From an uncultured archaeon (lineage in GTDB: Archaea; Aenigmatarchaeota; Aenigmatarchaeia; QMZP01; QMZT01), in NCBI GenBank assembly GCA_964441265.1, contig CAYYKJ010000003.1, forward strand, positions 23,428 to 87,427: DNA of 64,000 nt, written 5' to 3'. Position numbers and translations under genes: made by a program. The notes beneath the pieces were generated by a model. The model was not told where the DNA came from. It saw only the letters and a list, made by a program, of their open reading frames with translations, and did no database searches. Below are positions 17,491 through 27,482 of the stretch, piece after piece (within the stretch, counting starts at the first letter, position 1; every line of letters starts with the position of its first letter).

Positions 17491-18516
17491 TTGAACGGAT
17501 TCGAGGCGATAAACTTGAAAATGCTCAGAAAGGACCTGAAGAACGACACGGTGAAAATATTAGTCGAATCTCCGGATGATTTATGGCACCTCTCCAACAT
17601 AATCGGGAAGGGAGACCTGGTCAGACTGAGGACCTTCCGGAAGGTCATAGTCAAATCCGGCGGGGACTTCAAGTACGGGGATAAGAAGCCCATGGTTCTT
17701 ACATTAAGGACAGACACGGCGGATTTCCAGAAGGATACGGGAGTTTTCAGGCTGGGAGGGGAGATAGTCGAGGGCCCGGACTCGGCAAAGAAATCCGCCC
17801 ATCACTACGTGAACTTGGAGGAGGGGACACGGCTCTCCATAATCAAGAAATGGAAACCTTACCACCTGGAAAGGATAAAGAAGGCGGGAAAGAGGAAGCC
17901 CGCCCTTTTGGTGTGCGTTATAGACAGAGATGAGGCAGACCTAGCCGCCGTGATGGAATCCGGTGTGGAAATGAAGACCAGCATAGTCAATCAGGACGCT
18001 GAGAGGATGGAGGAGTTCTATGACAGGGTCATCAAGTGCATGGAAGGAGAGAAGGGATACGAGAGGATAATCCTTGCCGGTCCCGGTTTCGAGAGGGAGA
18101 ACCTCCTGAAATACATGAAGCAGAAGAAATCCCTTCTGGTAAAGGACATCATACTCGAGAAATCATCCTCCACCGGCATAAACGGAGTGAACGAAGTGAT
18201 CAGGAGCTCCTCGGTTCGCATCCTGAAGGATACCAGAATATCAAAGGAGAGCAGGCTGGTGGAGGACGTTCTGGGACGGATAAAGAGCGGAGGGATGGCA
18301 GTCTACGGCCCCGAGGAGACCAGGAAAGCGGTGAAGTCCGGGGCGGTGGAGAAACTCATGGTCTCGGATAAGAAGGTCTACGAGAACGAGGGGCTCATGG
18401 AGGAAGCCGAGAAGCAGGCCGGAGAGGTGGTCATAATCGGCTCGGACCACGAGAAGGGCGAGCAGTTCCTCCACCTGGGAGGGATCGCCGCGTTCACCAG
18501 GTACAAGCTGGATTAG
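17491..18516 (+). CDS. pelA: Pelota (Dom34) mRNA surveillance protein
   Basis: 341 aa with the eRF1-like three-domain pattern of aPelota, including the central-domain motif LAGPGFERENLLKY. Confidence 0.8.
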   Translation: MNGFEAINLKMLRKDLKNDTVKILVESPDDLWHLSNIIGKGDLVRLRTFRKVIVKSGGDFKYGDKKPMVLTLRTDTADFQKDTGVFRLGGEIVEGPDSAKKSAHHYVNLEEGTRLSIIKKWKPYHLERIKKAGKRKPALLVCVIDRDEADLAAVMESGVEMKTSIVNQDAERMEEFYDRVIKCMEGEKGYERIILAGPGFERENLLKYMKQKKSLLVKDIILEKSSSTGINGVNEVIRSSSVRILKDTRISKESRLVEDVLGRIKSGGMAVYGPEETRKAVKSGAVEKLMVSDKKVYENEGLMEEAEKQAGEVVIIGSDHEKGEQFLHLGGIAAFTRYKLD

Positions 18517-19157
18517 AGTCTCTTCTTGCAGAATCCTTCCAGCGGGCATTCGCCGCAGAGGGGCCTAGGCCTGCACACGTCTTTTCCCAGTTCGACTATG
18601 AGGGCGTGGAACTCCTTATAAATCCCGATGTCTCCCGGAATCCTCTTCTCGAAAAATCCCCTTATTTTCTCATAACCGATATCCTTTCCAAACAGACCCA
18701 TCCTGGAGAATATCCTCCTTGTGTAGGTGTCGGCCACGAATAACGGCCTACCTGCGGCATAAAGGAGTATCGAATCCGCCGTCTCGGGTCCGATACCGTT
18801 CACTTTCAGCAAAAGGTCTCTTTCTATCTTTTTCAGGAAATTGTTTACACCACCATAACCCTTCACAAAATTCGCGAATCCCCTCAGCTTGACCGCTTTC
18901 TGGTTGTAATAACCGCTGGGCCTGATCAGTTCCGCCAGTTTGTTTTCATTCATCTCAAGAAGTTTTTCGAGGTCGGTTATTTTTTCCCTTTTCAGGTTCT
19001 CAAGGGCCCTCTCCACGTTCTTCCAGCTGGTGTTCTGGGTCAAAATCGCCCCTATACAGACTTCCCATTCCTTAGGGACGAACCCACCTTCCATGGGCCA
19101 CCATTCCTGCGGTCCGAAATGATTAAGAAGCTTGCGGTAAACCTCGATGATTCTCAT
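18513..19157 (-). CDS. nth: Endonuclease III-like HhH-GPD DNA glycosylase with a 4Fe-4S cluster
   Basis: GAILTQNTSWKNVERAL (HhH-GPD) and a C-terminal CRPRPLCGECPLEGFC cysteine cluster. Confidence 0.75.
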   Translation of the reverse strand: MRIIEVYRKLLNHFGPQEWWPMEGGFVPKEWEVCIGAILTQNTSWKNVERALENLKREKITDLEKLLEMNENKLAELIRPSGYYNQKAVKLRGFANFVKGYGGVNNFLKKIERDLLLKVNGIGPETADSILLYAAGRPLFVADTYTRRIFSRMGLFGKDIGYEKIRGFFEKRIPGDIGIYKEFHALIVELGKDVCRPRPLCGECPLEGFCKKRL

Positions 19158-19186
19158 AAGATTATTAAGAAAACAATGATTAAAAA

Positions 19187-19501
19187 TCAGTCTCCCGGGG
19201 GGAAATCCGGAATGACGCTGTCAAAGAATTTCCTGACGGGCTCAAGTTTCACTTCGACCACTTTTCCCGTGTAATGCCGTTTGATGGCCTGCCTCAGTCC
19301 GTTGAGGCTTTTGTATCCGAACTCGCTGGGATGATAGCCTGTCTTGCTCTCGTGTCCTTTCTCTCCTATTATTTTAACCATGACATAACGGGGCGTCAGT
19401 GAAGTCTCAAATCTTTTGGGATTGTGTCCGTGACGTTCAATAAAACCGTCCCATGGCCGATCAAGACTTTCATATAAGCCCGGTTCTTTTCCTTTTCCCA
19501 T
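19187..19501 (-). CDS. Hypothetical protein, 104 aa
   Basis: ORF only, no recognised motif. Confidence 0.3.
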   Translation of the reverse strand: MGKGKEPGLYESLDRPWDGFIERHGHNPKRFETSLTPRYVMVKIIGEKGHESKTGYHPSEFGYKSLNGLRQAIKRHYTGKVVEVKLEPVRKFFDSVIPDFPPGD

Positions 19502-19548
19502 GAACAGGATTTGTCCGTGAGCTTTTTAAAAACTGTCTTTCCCGAAAA

Positions 19549-20949
19549 TCAGACCCGCTTCCACTTGAAGGACTTGGCGAGGGTGTAGACAAGGACCAGG
19601 AAGGGAAGTATCTCCAGCCGGCCCAGCAGCATGCAGACCATGAGCACGACCTTGCCGGCCAGCGGGACCAGGGCGACGTCGATGGTGGTGAGCCCCACCG
19701 TCCCTTCCGCGGAGGCGGAGACGAAAAGCGAATCCACCGGGGCGTATCCCATGGCGCTGAAGATCAGTGTGGAAAGCACCAGTATGAGTATGTAAATGAA
19801 CGAGAACAGGGATATGATGGTGAGCTCCTCCTGCTGTATGGCCTTGCCGTGGAACTTGAAGGGCAGAACCGCGGACAGCGGATAGGTTATCTTCTTGGAG
19901 AGCCAGGGTATTGCCTTGGCTATTATCCCCACCCTCACCAGCTTGATGCCCCCGGCAGTCGAGCCCGCGAATCCCCCCACGGTCATGAGTATTATTATCA
20001 GTATCTTTGAGACCGCTGGCATCTCCATGCCCATGGTCGTGAACCCGGTGGTGGTGATGGCGGAGAAGGCGTGAAATATACCGATCCTGAAAGGCTCGAG
20101 CGTGCCAAGGAATGAAAGGGAGAGGAACAGGGAAAAAACTATCGCTATTATCCAGAACAGCTGGGTCTCCCCGTTCTTCAGGTATTCCACGAATTTCTTC
20201 TTGAACATCTTGTCATGCACGAAAAAGGAGGTGGCTCCCAGAACCATGAGCAGCACTATCACTGCCTCTATCCCGACGTTCGAATACGAACCTATGGAGC
20301 CCGCCGCAGGGGAAAAGCCTCCCGTGGAAAGGGAGGTGAAGGTGTGGAGTACGGAATCGAAAACCGGCATGCCCGCCAGGGAAAGGAGGAGGAATCCCGC
20401 GAATGTATATATACCGTATATCATGAATATCCTCTTGACCGTGTGGTGTATGCCTGCCTCGATCCTCTGGGACCGTCCTTCCGCCTTGTAGATATAATAT
20501 GAGGACATACCGGGCGAGGAGAGGAGCAGGAGGAATATGACCAGTATCCCGACCCCCCCTATCCACTGGGTGAAGGACCGCCAGAACAGTATGGAATTGG
20601 GCAGTGTCTCGGGATTTACCACGGAAAGTCCGGTGGTGGTGAATCCGGAAACGGATTCGAACAGGGCGTCAGCCGGGGCCATGTGGTCCAGATAGGCGAC
20701 CGACCCGAAGGCGGATATCACTATGAAGGTGACCGCGGAAAGCACCATGGCGGACCCCAGGGAAAGCGGGGACCTCTGGAACCTCCTATCCAGCAGGAAT
20801 CCTATGACGAGGGAAACCGACGCCATGGTGAAGAACGGGATGTACACCGCCTCCTGAAAGGCCCAGGAAACTATGAGCGGAATGAGTGACAATATGCCGA
20901 ATATCTCCAGTATGAGCCCAAGGTAGGAAAGCAACGAACGAAACTCCAT
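19549..20949 (-). CDS. trkH: TrkH/KtrB-family K+ transporter. The start was moved to MEFRSLLSYL, so the 92-aa low-complexity extension in the ORF track is not counted.
   Basis: Multiple TM helices and selectivity-filter-like GFTTTG/GFSPAAGS/TTTGFT motifs. ATG at 20949. Confidence 0.8.
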   Translation of the reverse strand: MEFRSLLSYLGLILEIFGILSLIPLIVSWAFQEAVYIPFFTMASVSLVIGFLLDRRFQRSPLSLGSAMVLSAVTFIVISAFGSVAYLDHMAPADALFESVSGFTTTGLSVVNPETLPNSILFWRSFTQWIGGVGILVIFLLLLSSPGMSSYYIYKAEGRSQRIEAGIHHTVKRIFMIYGIYTFAGFLLLSLAGMPVFDSVLHTFTSLSTGGFSPAAGSIGSYSNVGIEAVIVLLMVLGATSFFVHDKMFKKKFVEYLKNGETQLFWIIAIVFSLFLSLSFLGTLEPFRIGIFHAFSAITTTGFTTMGMEMPAVSKILIIILMTVGGFAGSTAGGIKLVRVGIIAKAIPWLSKKITYPLSAVLPFKFHGKAIQQEELTIISLFSFIYILILVLSTLIFSAMGYAPVDSLFVSASAEGTVGLTTIDVALVPLAGKVVLMVCMLLGRLEILPFLVLVYTLAKSFKWKRV

Positions 20950-21022
20950 ATCTTTTATAATAATATTATTTAATATAAAATCAGGTGTTGCAGCCTTCTT
21001 CCGGTCAGCGGGTGTCTTTGAA

Positions 21023-22072
21023 ATGAAAAAAGGATTCATGCACATAATAGAGATCGTACTGGTGACTCTCCTCCTCTTCTTCATATTCTCACAGTTCGTC
21101 AGCATACCCAAGACGGCGACGGACTGGCCGGAAACCAAGCTTTTCCTGATGGCGAGGGACGTACTTGAGGTACTCGACGAAAGGGATGTGGACTGGCTCA
21201 ATGAGACCGAGGTCAAAGGCAACATAACCGAACTTCAGGACAAGGGGATGATACCGGGCAACATCATATATTCCCTCAGGGCAGAGAACGTGATTAAGCC
21301 GGATATGAGGGTCGCCTGTGCCGGGTGCACTGAGGAGGACTACGGGAACCTGACCTCCGTGCTGGAGGGCTTTGAATGGAACGGGAAGGAGATCAACTTC
21401 ACGGTCCAGAGGGAAGAGAACTTCGGGAGCTCCTTCTATCCGTATTACGACGTGGTTGTGATCATGGACGGATCGCTCCCCCAGGACACGGATAGCATGG
21501 AGAATTTCCTGGGGATGGACAAGGGAATCGTTGGTATATTCGAGCCTTCCTTCACCCCCTCACAGGAGAAGTACTTCGGAGTGATGGAAGGCGGCACGAC
21601 GGCGGGCACAGGCGAAGTGCGGTTCTCCCCCGAGGCCAGGAGGGCGGGAAGCCAGATATACGGAATATACAAGGTCTTCACCAACATGGGAGCGGACGGG
21701 GAGGAATTCCCACTGGAATACGGATTCAGCAACACCGAACGGGATTTTCTTGAATCTGGAGAAAAAACTATATGGGACGAGGGAAGGAGCGAGGTGGTTC
21801 TAATCCAAGAAGGGAGCGGAGTTGCCGCCTGCATCTCCAGATATTACGTATCTGACGGCAAGGGCAGAATCGCTTGGGTCTCCGGGGGAAACTTCTCCAG
21901 AACGGATTACTCCTCGCTGGTGAAATCCCTGGTGTGCTGGGCGGCCGGGGACGAGGTTAATGTCATTGAATCAAAGATATCCGAACCCGTTTCCGCCTCC
22001 ATATACAGGAGCATGAACCAGGACGCCTTCCAGGGGGCCAGGATAACGCTAACCGTGGGATACCCTTTTTAA
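21023..22072 (+). CDS. Membrane-anchored protein with a type IV pilin-like (class III) signal peptide. Function unknown.
   Basis: MKKGFMHIIEIVLVTLLLFF resembles prepilin leaders (KG|F followed by a hydrophobic stretch with Glu). The rest is a soluble domain of about 320 aa. Confidence 0.4.
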   Translation: MKKGFMHIIEIVLVTLLLFFIFSQFVSIPKTATDWPETKLFLMARDVLEVLDERDVDWLNETEVKGNITELQDKGMIPGNIIYSLRAENVIKPDMRVACAGCTEEDYGNLTSVLEGFEWNGKEINFTVQREENFGSSFYPYYDVVVIMDGSLPQDTDSMENFLGMDKGIVGIFEPSFTPSQEKYFGVMEGGTTAGTGEVRFSPEARRAGSQIYGIYKVFTNMGADGEEFPLEYGFSNTERDFLESGEKTIWDEGRSEVVLIQEGSGVAACISRYYVSDGKGRIAWVSGGNFSRTDYSSLVKSLVCWAAGDEVNVIESKISEPVSASIYRSMNQDAFQGARITLTVGYPF

Positions 22073-22094
22073 TATTCCCCTTCAATCTTATTGT

Positions 22095-22388
22095 ATGGAA
22101 CACAACCAGGAAATAGTGAGGGTAAGGACCCCCAGGGGAAGAGAGGTAATCGGAGTGATAGAAGAGATGCTCGGGGGCGGAAGGTTCAGGGTCAGCTGTA
22201 CGGACAACAACAGCAGGATATGCAAGGCAGCGGGGAGATTCAAGAGGAAGCGCTGGATAAAGCCCGGGAACGTCGTCATAATCGAACCGTGGGAAATCGA
22301 GAGCGACGAGAAAGGGAACATAATATGGAAATACACCAAGGCCCAGACCAGATGGCTGCAAAAAAAGGGATTTCTTGAAGGGCTCTGA
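22095..22388 (+). CDS. eif1a: Translation initiation factor aIF-1A
   Basis: 97 aa with an OB fold: RVRTPRGREVIGVIEEMLGGGRFRVSCTDNNSRICKAAGRFKRKRWIKPGNVV. Confidence 0.8.
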   Translation: MEHNQEIVRVRTPRGREVIGVIEEMLGGGRFRVSCTDNNSRICKAAGRFKRKRWIKPGNVVIIEPWEIESDEKGNIIWKYTKAQTRWLQKKGFLEGL

Positions 22389-22452
22389 TGCCCGGATTCA
22401 AACTATATTTAAGTTTTCAGCCAACTTATAATATAACCCGGGGGATCTTCTC

Positions 22453-22935
22453 ATGGATATCGTAAACATACCGGAAAGAAGAAAGGGCGTGCTGATTGGA
22501 AAGGACGGGAAAGTCAAAAGGGGCATAGAAAAGGCCACCGGCACGACCATAGAGATAAACAGCGGTGTCGAGATCGAGGGAAATAGTCTCGGCGTGCTGA
22601 AAGCCAGGGATATAGTAAAGGCGATAGGAAGGGGATTCTCTCCGGAAAAGGCGATGCTCCTTCTGAAAGAGGAGAACCGGCTGATAATAATATCCATGGA
22701 GGGGAAGAGCAGGAAGACCATAAAGAGGCTCTTCGCCAGGGTCATAGGGACCAATGGAAGGACGAAGAGGATAATAGAGAGGAACACGCATACCTGCCTG
22801 TCCGTGTTCGGGAAGACGGTCTCTGTTATAGGAAAATGGGACTCCGCGGAAAGGGCGGAGGAGGCAGTGGAGATGCTGCTTCAGGGAAAAACCCATACCT
22901 ACGTCTATAAATTCCTTGAAGGAGGGAAAAAATGA
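22453..22935 (+). CDS. KH-domain RNA-binding protein
   Basis: VLIGKDGKVKRGIEKATGTTIEI and a second KH-like repeat (GxxG loops). Confidence 0.65.
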   Translation: MDIVNIPERRKGVLIGKDGKVKRGIEKATGTTIEINSGVEIEGNSLGVLKARDIVKAIGRGFSPEKAMLLLKEENRLIIISMEGKSRKTIKRLFARVIGTNGRTKRIIERNTHTCLSVFGKTVSVIGKWDSAERAEEAVEMLLQGKTHTYVYKFLEGGKK

Positions 22936-24626
22936 GGGCTGAGGACCTCGCGAAAAGGCAGAGATCAATAAGCATTTCCGAATTCTTCGAGAAGAACCGC
23001 CATCTGCTCGGTTACGACAACAAGACCAAGGCGCTGCTGGTTATAGTCAAGGAAGGGGTGGACAACGCCCTGGACGCCGCGGAAGAGTCGGAAATACTAC
23101 CTGAGATCTACGTGAGGGTGTCGGAGGCCGGAGAGGAAAAATACGAAATCGTCATCAGGGACAACGGCCCGGGTATCGTCAGAAAGCAGATACCCCGGAT
23201 ATTCGGCAAGCTACTTTACGGGTCGAAGTTCCACCGTCTGAAGCAGAGCAGGGGCCAGCAGGGCATAGGCATCTCAGCGGCGACACTTTATTCCCAGCTG
23301 ACCACGGGAAATCCTCTGAAAATCACGACATCCACCGGGAACGGAAAGACCCATGTTTACAGCATAAAGATAGACGTGAAAAAGAACGAGCCTATAATTC
23401 ACGAAAGCGAAACGAGGGAGGGAGAGCAATGGCACGGCGTCGAGCTCAGGTTCCTTGTGGAGGGATTATACAGGGAGCACAGGCAGTCAATACTGGAGTA
23501 CCTGAAAGAGACCGCCATATCCAACCCCCACGCAAACATAGTCTTCTCTTCTCCCAACGGGAAGCACGAGTTCAGGAGGGGTGTGGATGTTCTCCCCAAG
23601 GAACCGAGGGAAATAAAGCCGCATCTGGAAGGCATCGAGATGGGCATACTCCTGAGGATGATGAGGGACACAAAGGCCAAGACACTGTCCGGCTTCCTGA
23701 CAACCGAATTCACAAAGGTGGGCAGGAAGAGCGCCAAGGAGATATGCAGAATCGCCGAAATAAAGGAAAGTACCAGGCCGAAAAGGACAAAGGACGAGGA
23801 GGCAAAAAGGATATTGGATGCCGTCAAGAAGGTCAAGCTCCTAAAGCCTCCGCTGGACTGCCTCTCACCGCTGGGCAGTGATTTCATATCCAAGGGAATG
23901 GAAAAGGAGCTGAACCCGGAATGGGTCGGGGCGGTTACCAGGCCCCCGGCCGTTTACAGGGGATGGCCGTTCCAGATTGAAGTAGGAATAGCGTACGGGG
24001 GATCAATAGAGTCCTCAAAATTGATGAGGTTCGCCAACAGGGTGCCACTGCTCTACCAGGCAGGGGACTGCGCCATAACCAAATCGGTCAACGGGACCGA
24101 ATGGAGAAGGTACGGGCTCAGCAAGAAGCTCGAGGAAGACCCGGTGGTCATGTTCGTTCACATGGTTTCCGTATGGGTTCCCTTCACCTCCGAATCCAAG
24201 GAGGCTATCGCCTCCTATCCGGTGATAGTCAAGGAGATGAAGCTGGCGCTCCAGGAATGCGCCAGGAAGCTCTCCAGATTCCTTTCCGGTAAGAGGAAGG
24301 AAGCCCACCGAAAGGAGAGGATCAGGATATTCGACAAATACGCTGAAGAGACCGTCGACGCCCTCTCCGAACTCACCGGAAGGGAGAGGACAGAGGTGGA
24401 GAGGGAAATGAAGAAGCTCATAGAAAAAATGAAGGGCGGGACCGGTAATAAAAATCAGGCAAAGGATTACGAGATAATAACCACAGGAGAAGGAGAGGAT
24501 TCGAATGGAGAAGAGGGAAGAGGGAAAGCTGAAGGGAATGGGCCGGAAGGTTCTGGAACAGATATCAAAGGAAAAGAACCCAAAGATAGACCTTCCCATC
24601 AGGTCACTCTCAAACATCTACTTTGA
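22932..24626 (+). CDS. top6B: DNA topoisomerase VI subunit B
   Basis: GHKL ATPase N-box VKEGVDNALDAAEE, G-boxes DNGPGI and GQQGIGIS, H2TH and transducer domains. Confidence 0.9.
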   Translation: MRAEDLAKRQRSISISEFFEKNRHLLGYDNKTKALLVIVKEGVDNALDAAEESEILPEIYVRVSEAGEEKYEIVIRDNGPGIVRKQIPRIFGKLLYGSKFHRLKQSRGQQGIGISAATLYSQLTTGNPLKITTSTGNGKTHVYSIKIDVKKNEPIIHESETREGEQWHGVELRFLVEGLYREHRQSILEYLKETAISNPHANIVFSSPNGKHEFRRGVDVLPKEPREIKPHLEGIEMGILLRMMRDTKAKTLSGFLTTEFTKVGRKSAKEICRIAEIKESTRPKRTKDEEAKRILDAVKKVKLLKPPLDCLSPLGSDFISKGMEKELNPEWVGAVTRPPAVYRGWPFQIEVGIAYGGSIESSKLMRFANRVPLLYQAGDCAITKSVNGTEWRRYGLSKKLEEDPVVMFVHMVSVWVPFTSESKEAIASYPVIVKEMKLALQECARKLSRFLSGKRKEAHRKERIRIFDKYAEETVDALSELTGRERTEVEREMKKLIEKMKGGTGNKNQAKDYEIITTGEGEDSNGEEGRGKAEGNGPEGSGTDIKGKEPKDRPSHQVTLKHLL

Positions 24627-25590
24627 CGAGAAAAAGGGACTCATAAAGCTGGGAGACAAGTCCAGCCAGAGGTATTACTTCAACACCGCCCACACCAAGA
24701 AGTTCATGCAGACGCTCATGGTGGCGGCGGAGTGCAAGAAGATAATGGATCAGAAGGTAACCACATCCATCAGGGACCTTTATTACGCCCTTAAGAGGAC
24801 GCTCGCGGGAACCAAGGAGAACACCTTCGACGAGCAGAGCGAATCAGACCCGATAATCGAGGACGTCGAGGCGGCCCTCAACATGATAAGGGAAAAGCTC
24901 CACCTGAAGGCGGACAGGAAGGGGTACATGGCCGGCGACATAATCATAAGGGACTCCGGCGACCGAATCGATTGCTCCATGATGGGCTCGAGTGGGTGGG
25001 CCATACCCAGCAACGTGGAGCCCGAAGTGATAGAATTCGAAAAGGTGGATACCGATTTCGTGCTGGTCATAGAGAAGGACGCGGTGTGGCAGCGCCTGAA
25101 CGAGGACAAATTCTGGAAGAAGCAGAACTGCATCATACTCACGGGAAAGGGACAGCCTGCGAGGGGCTGCAGGAGGCTGATAAACAGGCTGCACAAAGAG
25201 CGGGGGCTTCCCGTATACGTCCTGGCGGACGCGGATCCGTGGGGGTATTACATCTATTCCGTGATCAAGCAGGGATCGATAACCCTCTCCTTCCTATCCG
25301 ACAGACTGGGGACACCGGATGCGAAGTTCATAGGCCTGACCACCAGGGACGTGGATAAGTTCGGGGTAAGCAGAAACGTGACCATCCGGCTGAGCGACAA
25401 GGACAAGAAGCGCGCAAAGGAGATGATGAAATACAGGTGGTTCAAACCCAAGGAATGGCAACGCGAAATCAAGCACATGCTCAAGATGGGTTACAAGCTC
25501 GAACTGGAGGCCCTTTCCTCCAAGGGAATCAGGTTCATCTCCGAAGAGTACCTCCCGAAGAAGCTGGCCGAGAAGGATTTCCTGGGATGA
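24505..25590 (+). CDS. top6A: DNA topoisomerase VI subunit A (Spo11-like)
   Basis: Winged-helix region with catalytic Tyr (YYALKR) and a Toprim domain (VLADADPWGYYI). Overlaps the top6B 3' end. Confidence 0.9.
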   Translation: MEKREEGKLKGMGRKVLEQISKEKNPKIDLPIRSLSNIYFDEKKGLIKLGDKSSQRYYFNTAHTKKFMQTLMVAAECKKIMDQKVTTSIRDLYYALKRTLAGTKENTFDEQSESDPIIEDVEAALNMIREKLHLKADRKGYMAGDIIIRDSGDRIDCSMMGSSGWAIPSNVEPEVIEFEKVDTDFVLVIEKDAVWQRLNEDKFWKKQNCIILTGKGQPARGCRRLINRLHKERGLPVYVLADADPWGYYIYSVIKQGSITLSFLSDRLGTPDAKFIGLTTRDVDKFGVSRNVTIRLSDKDKKRAKEMMKYRWFKPKEWQREIKHMLKMGYKLELEALSSKGIRFISEEYLPKKLAEKDFLG

Positions 25591-25625
25591 TCCAAGGTTT
25601 TATTTCTTTCCGGGAAAACCTAAAC

Positions 25626-26135
25626 ATGAAGATCCATGGAGCCGAAGAAAGGGCCAGGAAAATCATTAATTATATAGGTTCGCAGGACTCCTCCGTTAGA
25701 AGCATAAGTATATCATACGATGAGTTGAACAATGAAGTCTGGAAATCACAAATAGAATACAAAATCATTTACGAAAACAATTATCTCCAAAAGGAGGCAT
25801 TCCCATTTAACAAAAAAATGAAGAAGGTAAAGGTCCTGAAGAATGAGCTTTCAGCCCTTAAGAAGATTCTGTCGGAAAAGATGAAATATTCCGGTTCCTT
25901 TAACCTCAATGTATTCAAAGGTTCCGAAAACGAATTTGTGAAAATATCCTTCTGCCCGGAGAAGGTCGAACCCGATTATGAGAAGCTGAGGAAAACGTTC
26001 AGGGTTGATTACGGAAATGCCGACACGGACGGGTGGAGGAAGAAATACGTTCCCCATACATCACCAGAGATGAAGGTCGTAAGAACGAACAAAAATGACC
26101 ACGAGATCACGGACGGGAAAGAGCAATTTATTTAA
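25626..26135 (+). CDS. Hypothetical protein (start adjusted to MKIHGAEE)
   Basis: ORF only. Confidence 0.3.
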   Translation: MKIHGAEERARKIINYIGSQDSSVRSISISYDELNNEVWKSQIEYKIIYENNYLQKEAFPFNKKMKKVKVLKNELSALKKILSEKMKYSGSFNLNVFKGSENEFVKISFCPEKVEPDYEKLRKTFRVDYGNADTDGWRKKYVPHTSPEMKVVRTNKNDHEITDGKEQFI

Positions 26136-26160
26136 ATTACTGCAGTATAATTAAGCTTAT

Positions 26161-26394
26161 GCCCCGGTAGCTCAGTGGTAACCTTTTTACCCAAAAAGGT
26201 CAATCAAACCAGCAGCTAACGCTTGCGGAGGTTACTAAAGAGCGCTCGGCTGTTAATGAAGGACAACAAGACCAGATGAGTAGCAGGCACCGAAAGGCCG
26301 CACGCGGGATGGGAAACCAATCCGTGGGCCAAAGGTTCAAAGGAGTATTTGACGCAGATTTTATCCGCGTCCTTTGAAATTCCTGCCCGGGGCG
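26161..26394 (+). tRNA. Heavily interrupted tRNA-like gene, 234 nt. The 5' part is a canonical tRNA-Asn(GUU)-like sequence with a 59-nt D-loop insertion. The 3' structure is unresolved.
   Basis: GCCCCGG-TA-GCTC-AGTGGTA-[59 nt]-GAGC-G-CTCGG-CTGTTAA... The 3' end ...GAAAT-T-CCTGC-CCGGGGC-G complements the acceptor stem, with a T-stem partner GCAGG at 26283, followed by a T-tract. No 3' anticodon-stem strand (CCGAG) was found, so the gene may have several introns or be a pseudogene. Confidence 0.4.
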
Positions 26395-26406
26395 CTTTTT
26401 TATTTT
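26395..26406 (+). terminator. T-tract (CTTTTTTATTTT) immediately after the tRNA-like gene
   Basis: Archaeal oligo-T terminator signal seen in the sequence. Confidence 0.4.
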
Positions 26407-26428
26407 AAGCAACTCGCCAAAAATAATC

Positions 26429-27448
26429 ATGGGATTAACGAGGAAGGAAAGCGAAATACTCGATTCGATAAAGGTGCCCTCTGAAGACAACCCGGAAATG
26501 CCAGAGTTTCCCCCGGGAAACCCCGAATGGCCTTCAACTCCCATAAAAAAGATAGATGTGAAGGGATTTCCTAACGTCTTTCTCAAGGATGAGAGCGTCA
26601 ATCCGACGGGTACCCACAAGGACAGGATGGCATGGGAAATAATAGTCACATACAGGCAGCTTCTGCTTTCGAAGAAACGGGGCAATCTCAAAAAATTACC
26701 CCAGATGTCGATAATATCCTCAGGTTCTGCGGCATTCGCCATCCAGACCCTCCTAAAAAAACATGGCCTGCCTAATCTCAAGGTGCTGGTTGATCATAAT
26801 CTGGACGGGTCCGTCAAGAAATCCCTCGAACGGATAGGATGTGAACTGTATGAAACCGATCTTTCGAAAAAGGAGCTTTTCACCGATGACATACTTAAAC
26901 TTACTAATAATGCGGACGGGATCGATATCACGTCTGATGACTCCCTGGGACCATTCACTGTGTTTTACGACTGGATGGCTTATGACATCATCAACCAGAG
27001 CGCGGATTACGTTTTCATTCCATACGGGACAGGCCATCTGTATGAAAACATAGTGAACGTCGCGGTCAGAGAAGGAAAGACAAAGAACCACGACAAAAGA
27101 TTCAGCGGCAATCCTAAAAAAATCAGGAAATGCAATTTCATCGGGGCAACCACGAACAACCCTCTCACAAAGGCGGACAAACTCTATTCTCCTCACCTGC
27201 CTTTCGTGCATTTCGATAAAAAATGGATAAAAATGGCCATAAGTAACGGTTTCATAGGCCCGAAATCGGACGTGTGTGTCGTGAGGGAGAGATTCCTCGG
27301 GAAAGCGATGAAAACAGCTGAAAGCAACGGGATAGATTGCGAAGCTTCTGGGATAGCCGGACTGGCGATGATGCTCCAGATGAGGGGGCAGATCAACAGG
27401 AACAAAAAGATGCTTATAATAAACACGGGAAAAACAAAATACAGATAA
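26429..27448 (+). CDS. PLP-dependent fold-type II enzyme (threonine synthase/cysteine synthase-like)
   Basis: LKDESVNPTGTHKDRMA PLP-lysine motif and ISSGSAAFA. 339 aa. Confidence 0.65.
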   Translation: MGLTRKESEILDSIKVPSEDNPEMPEFPPGNPEWPSTPIKKIDVKGFPNVFLKDESVNPTGTHKDRMAWEIIVTYRQLLLSKKRGNLKKLPQMSIISSGSAAFAIQTLLKKHGLPNLKVLVDHNLDGSVKKSLERIGCELYETDLSKKELFTDDILKLTNNADGIDITSDDSLGPFTVFYDWMAYDIINQSADYVFIPYGTGHLYENIVNVAVREGKTKNHDKRFSGNPKKIRKCNFIGATTNNPLTKADKLYSPHLPFVHFDKKWIKMAISNGFIGPKSDVCVVRERFLGKAMKTAESNGIDCEASGIAGLAMMLQMRGQINRNKKMLIINTGKTKYR

Positions 27449-27482
27449 GTATTATTTTAAACAAAGCTATGAATAATTTATC

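Noticed and set aside
19549-21225. The 558-aa ORF-track version of TrkH with a Ser/Thr-rich N-terminal 92 aa
   Set aside because: The extension is low-complexity and runs antisense into the promoter region of the divergent gene. The conserved TrkH sequence begins at MEFRSLLSYL (ATG at 20949).
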